64,000 bases of DNA from NCBI GenBank assembly GCA_036172245.1, contig JAYWIR010000101.1:1-64000 (forward strand), in the 5' to 3' direction. Position 1 is the first letter of the stretch; each line of letters begins with the position of its first letter. This DNA is from Raillietiella orientalis. Lineage: Eukaryota. The notes beneath the pieces are model-generated. The model was not told where the DNA came from. It saw only the letters and a list, made by a program, of their open reading frames with translations, and made no database searches. Shown here one piece after another: positions 62,074 to 64,000 of this stretch. Made by a program: the position numbers and the translations under genes.

Positions 62074-63515
62074 TTTGTTACCCGGTCACGGCGGGACGTT
62101 TCTTGTTATAAACTAGCTGCAAACAGTTGTTTCCAACCAACGACTACAAAAACCAACAAGGGAGATCCCCCACTGGCACGCAGACCAGGAAAACGGAAGG
62201 GACTAGGAAAGAACATAGAAGAAAAACAAAAAAAACAAATAGGAGGAATGGGCCAAGGAACTTTGGTAATGCTCCGTATTCACCGGAAAAAATAAAAAGT
62301 AAAAGCATCAAAGGCACTAAGGAGAAAATGGGAAGTGGGGAGCCAGAACAAAAATAAAGTGAACAGGGGAATGCAGGAAGATGACCGGGTTCGTCGTTCC
62401 AAACCGTGTATCATACGGCGATAAATGCCAGTAAGCTCCTCCGTTGCATTTTCGTCCAGGTGTCGCCACCCAGCTGCTGCTCTGACGAAGTCGGCTGCCT
62501 TCCTGGCGACACAGCATCGCTCAACAGTATTGTCCAGCACGTCTCGGACCGTGACGATGACGCGGATGCAACCAACTGTAGAAATCATTGGAGCCGTCGA
62601 AAGTCCGTGGGCTTGGAAGAAACTTCGCACCACTTCTCGGGCGGTGACCCTCGGTAGCAGGAGTGCTGCTTCCAACTTCCGCCAGGGTTCCTGGAGGGCA
62701 CTACAGTCCAAAACAAGGTGCACAAAAGACTCCGTCGCACCGCACCGGCCACAGAAGGGTGAAGCCACCCCACCGAATACTCGGTGGCGCCGCTTGTTGT
62801 AGCGCAAGCCCCAGTGCAACAAGAGAAAGACGCCTTGCTTCCATGCAAGGGGAAACTTCGAGCCGTCGAAACAGCAGGAAGGGATTAGAAGTTCCTCCGG
62901 GGAAACACCAAAAGTTCTTCCCACCAAAGTAACCCATTTGGTGTAGCACGAGGAGTGGCGGCATCCGCAAGCTCGCTCGTGGCCCATTGGCCAAGTGGTT
63001 TCGTTATTCCTGCAATGGTGCAGGGGAACTCCCACCTTGACGGAAAGCTACTGTCTTCTCGAAACTCGAGGGAACACAATGCTCCGGCAAGGACGTATCG
63101 GCCAGGGAGGAAAACTTCACATCGTCATGCATCACATCTTGAAGTGACCAAGGTTGAAAGTGACGCAGGGAGGGAAGATTTTCTAGGCTCATTCCTAAGG
63201 ATGCAGCCAAGCAATCAATGGATTATTGCCGCCAAGCATTGTAGTTCATTGGGCGGCAGGAAATCCATGTATTTGCTTCCAACATGGTGGTGAGCTCCCT
63301 CAAAGGATACCCAAATCCCTGTCTCCTGTGAAGCATGTCTGTCACCAGGGAAAGAAGTCCTTCGCTGCCGGCACACCTCCGTAGCAGGATGCGCGCGGGC
63401 GCACACAGGAGGGAAGTCTATAGCTCGGCACACAGTGCCAGGATCCGAAACTGCACTTGCAGTCCGATCCGCTTTATCGTCAGGATGCCAAGACCGACAT
63501 CGCGGCATGCGATGA
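62074..63515 (-). mobile_element. Element M, 3' part of ORF2 + 3' UTR
   Basis: FPLAWKQGVFLLLHWGL...CGRCGATESFVHLVLDC; 3' end AAACGTCCCGCCGTGACCGGGTAACAAAC. Confidence 0.85.
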
Positions 63516-64000
63516 CGTCACCGCAGTGAGTGGACGTGTTTTTGTGGAGCTCCCGAAAACCGTTTTTTTCGCGGGTGTTTGTGGTGTTTTTTGAGCGGTT
63601 GTTCCTGGGCAGAAATGCCCGAGGACGACGCCAACACGGCCTAGGGGAGCGAACGAGCGTCGTCCCCCCAACCCATGGATGTGGGCGCCATCTTCCCCAC
63701 AGATTCGTCCCCCGCCCTGGCGAGGGCTTGGAGCGCGGTGGTGGCGGCGCCTGCGCCACCCCCCGCAGAGGAACAGCGGGCCTATGAGTCCCACGGATAC
63801 AACCCAGCCCTACTGTATAAGGTAAGTGGGCTTTATTCTCTTGCGATGTTGAGAACGTTTGCCGCGGAATTTGAAAAACTGAAAGTGCCGGAAGAAGAAG
63901 TTCTCGGCCTTTCCGTTCGCAGTGGCGGTCAGCTAGTGGAGCTGAACTGCAAAACTGCAGGAATGACTCAGCAGTTGCTGAGATGCCCGGTGACCGTGAA
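63516..64000 (+). mobile_element. Element N, 5' UTR and ORF1 start (runs off window), antisense to M
   Basis: GTGGACGTGTTTT at 63530; AYESHGYNPALLYKV homologous to A/B/E ORF1. Confidence 0.82.

Noticed and set aside
3629..62110. Recurring ~30-bp palindromic motif as a CRISPR repeat or as a fixed genomic target site
   Set aside because: Copies are kilobases apart on both strands, always follow ORF2/3' UTR and lie inside the TSDs, so they are element termini.
1..64000. Telomeric HeT-A/TART-like head-to-tail array
   Set aside because: No telomeric repeats or uniform polarity; the elements are nested with TSDs and alternate orientation.

Overview
Eukaryotic repeat region with no recognisable host gene. 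Positions ~1-51.9 kb and ~61.7-64 kb are almost entirely Tx1/L1-type non-LTR retrotransposons: ORF1 with CCHC knuckles, and ORF2 with APE endonuclease, YADD reverse transcriptase and a C-terminal zinc finger. They belong to several related GC-rich subfamilies plus one very divergent family (D). The 52-61.7 kb stretch is AT-richer and holds very decayed relics of the same elements. Reading the junctions and target-site duplications (TSDs) shows a nested array up to four levels deep (X2<A<B<C and F<G<{H, I<D, J}). In about 14 junctions with a recognisable element end, the incoming element sits antisense to its host, with no shared DNA target consensus. The elements lack poly(A) tails and end in AATAAA + a GC hairpin + a GA(C/T)AAC-like terminus. 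They carry a covarying 3'-UTR stem-loop with a CTGCGT loop and share a 5' GGACGT motif. Their APE domains are ~20 aa short in the segment that forms the target-recognition hairpin of L1/Tx1 endonucleases. My inference is a self-targeting, orientation-specific LINE system, possibly guided by transcription or R-loops. Element letters (El1, X, A-N) are my own labels.
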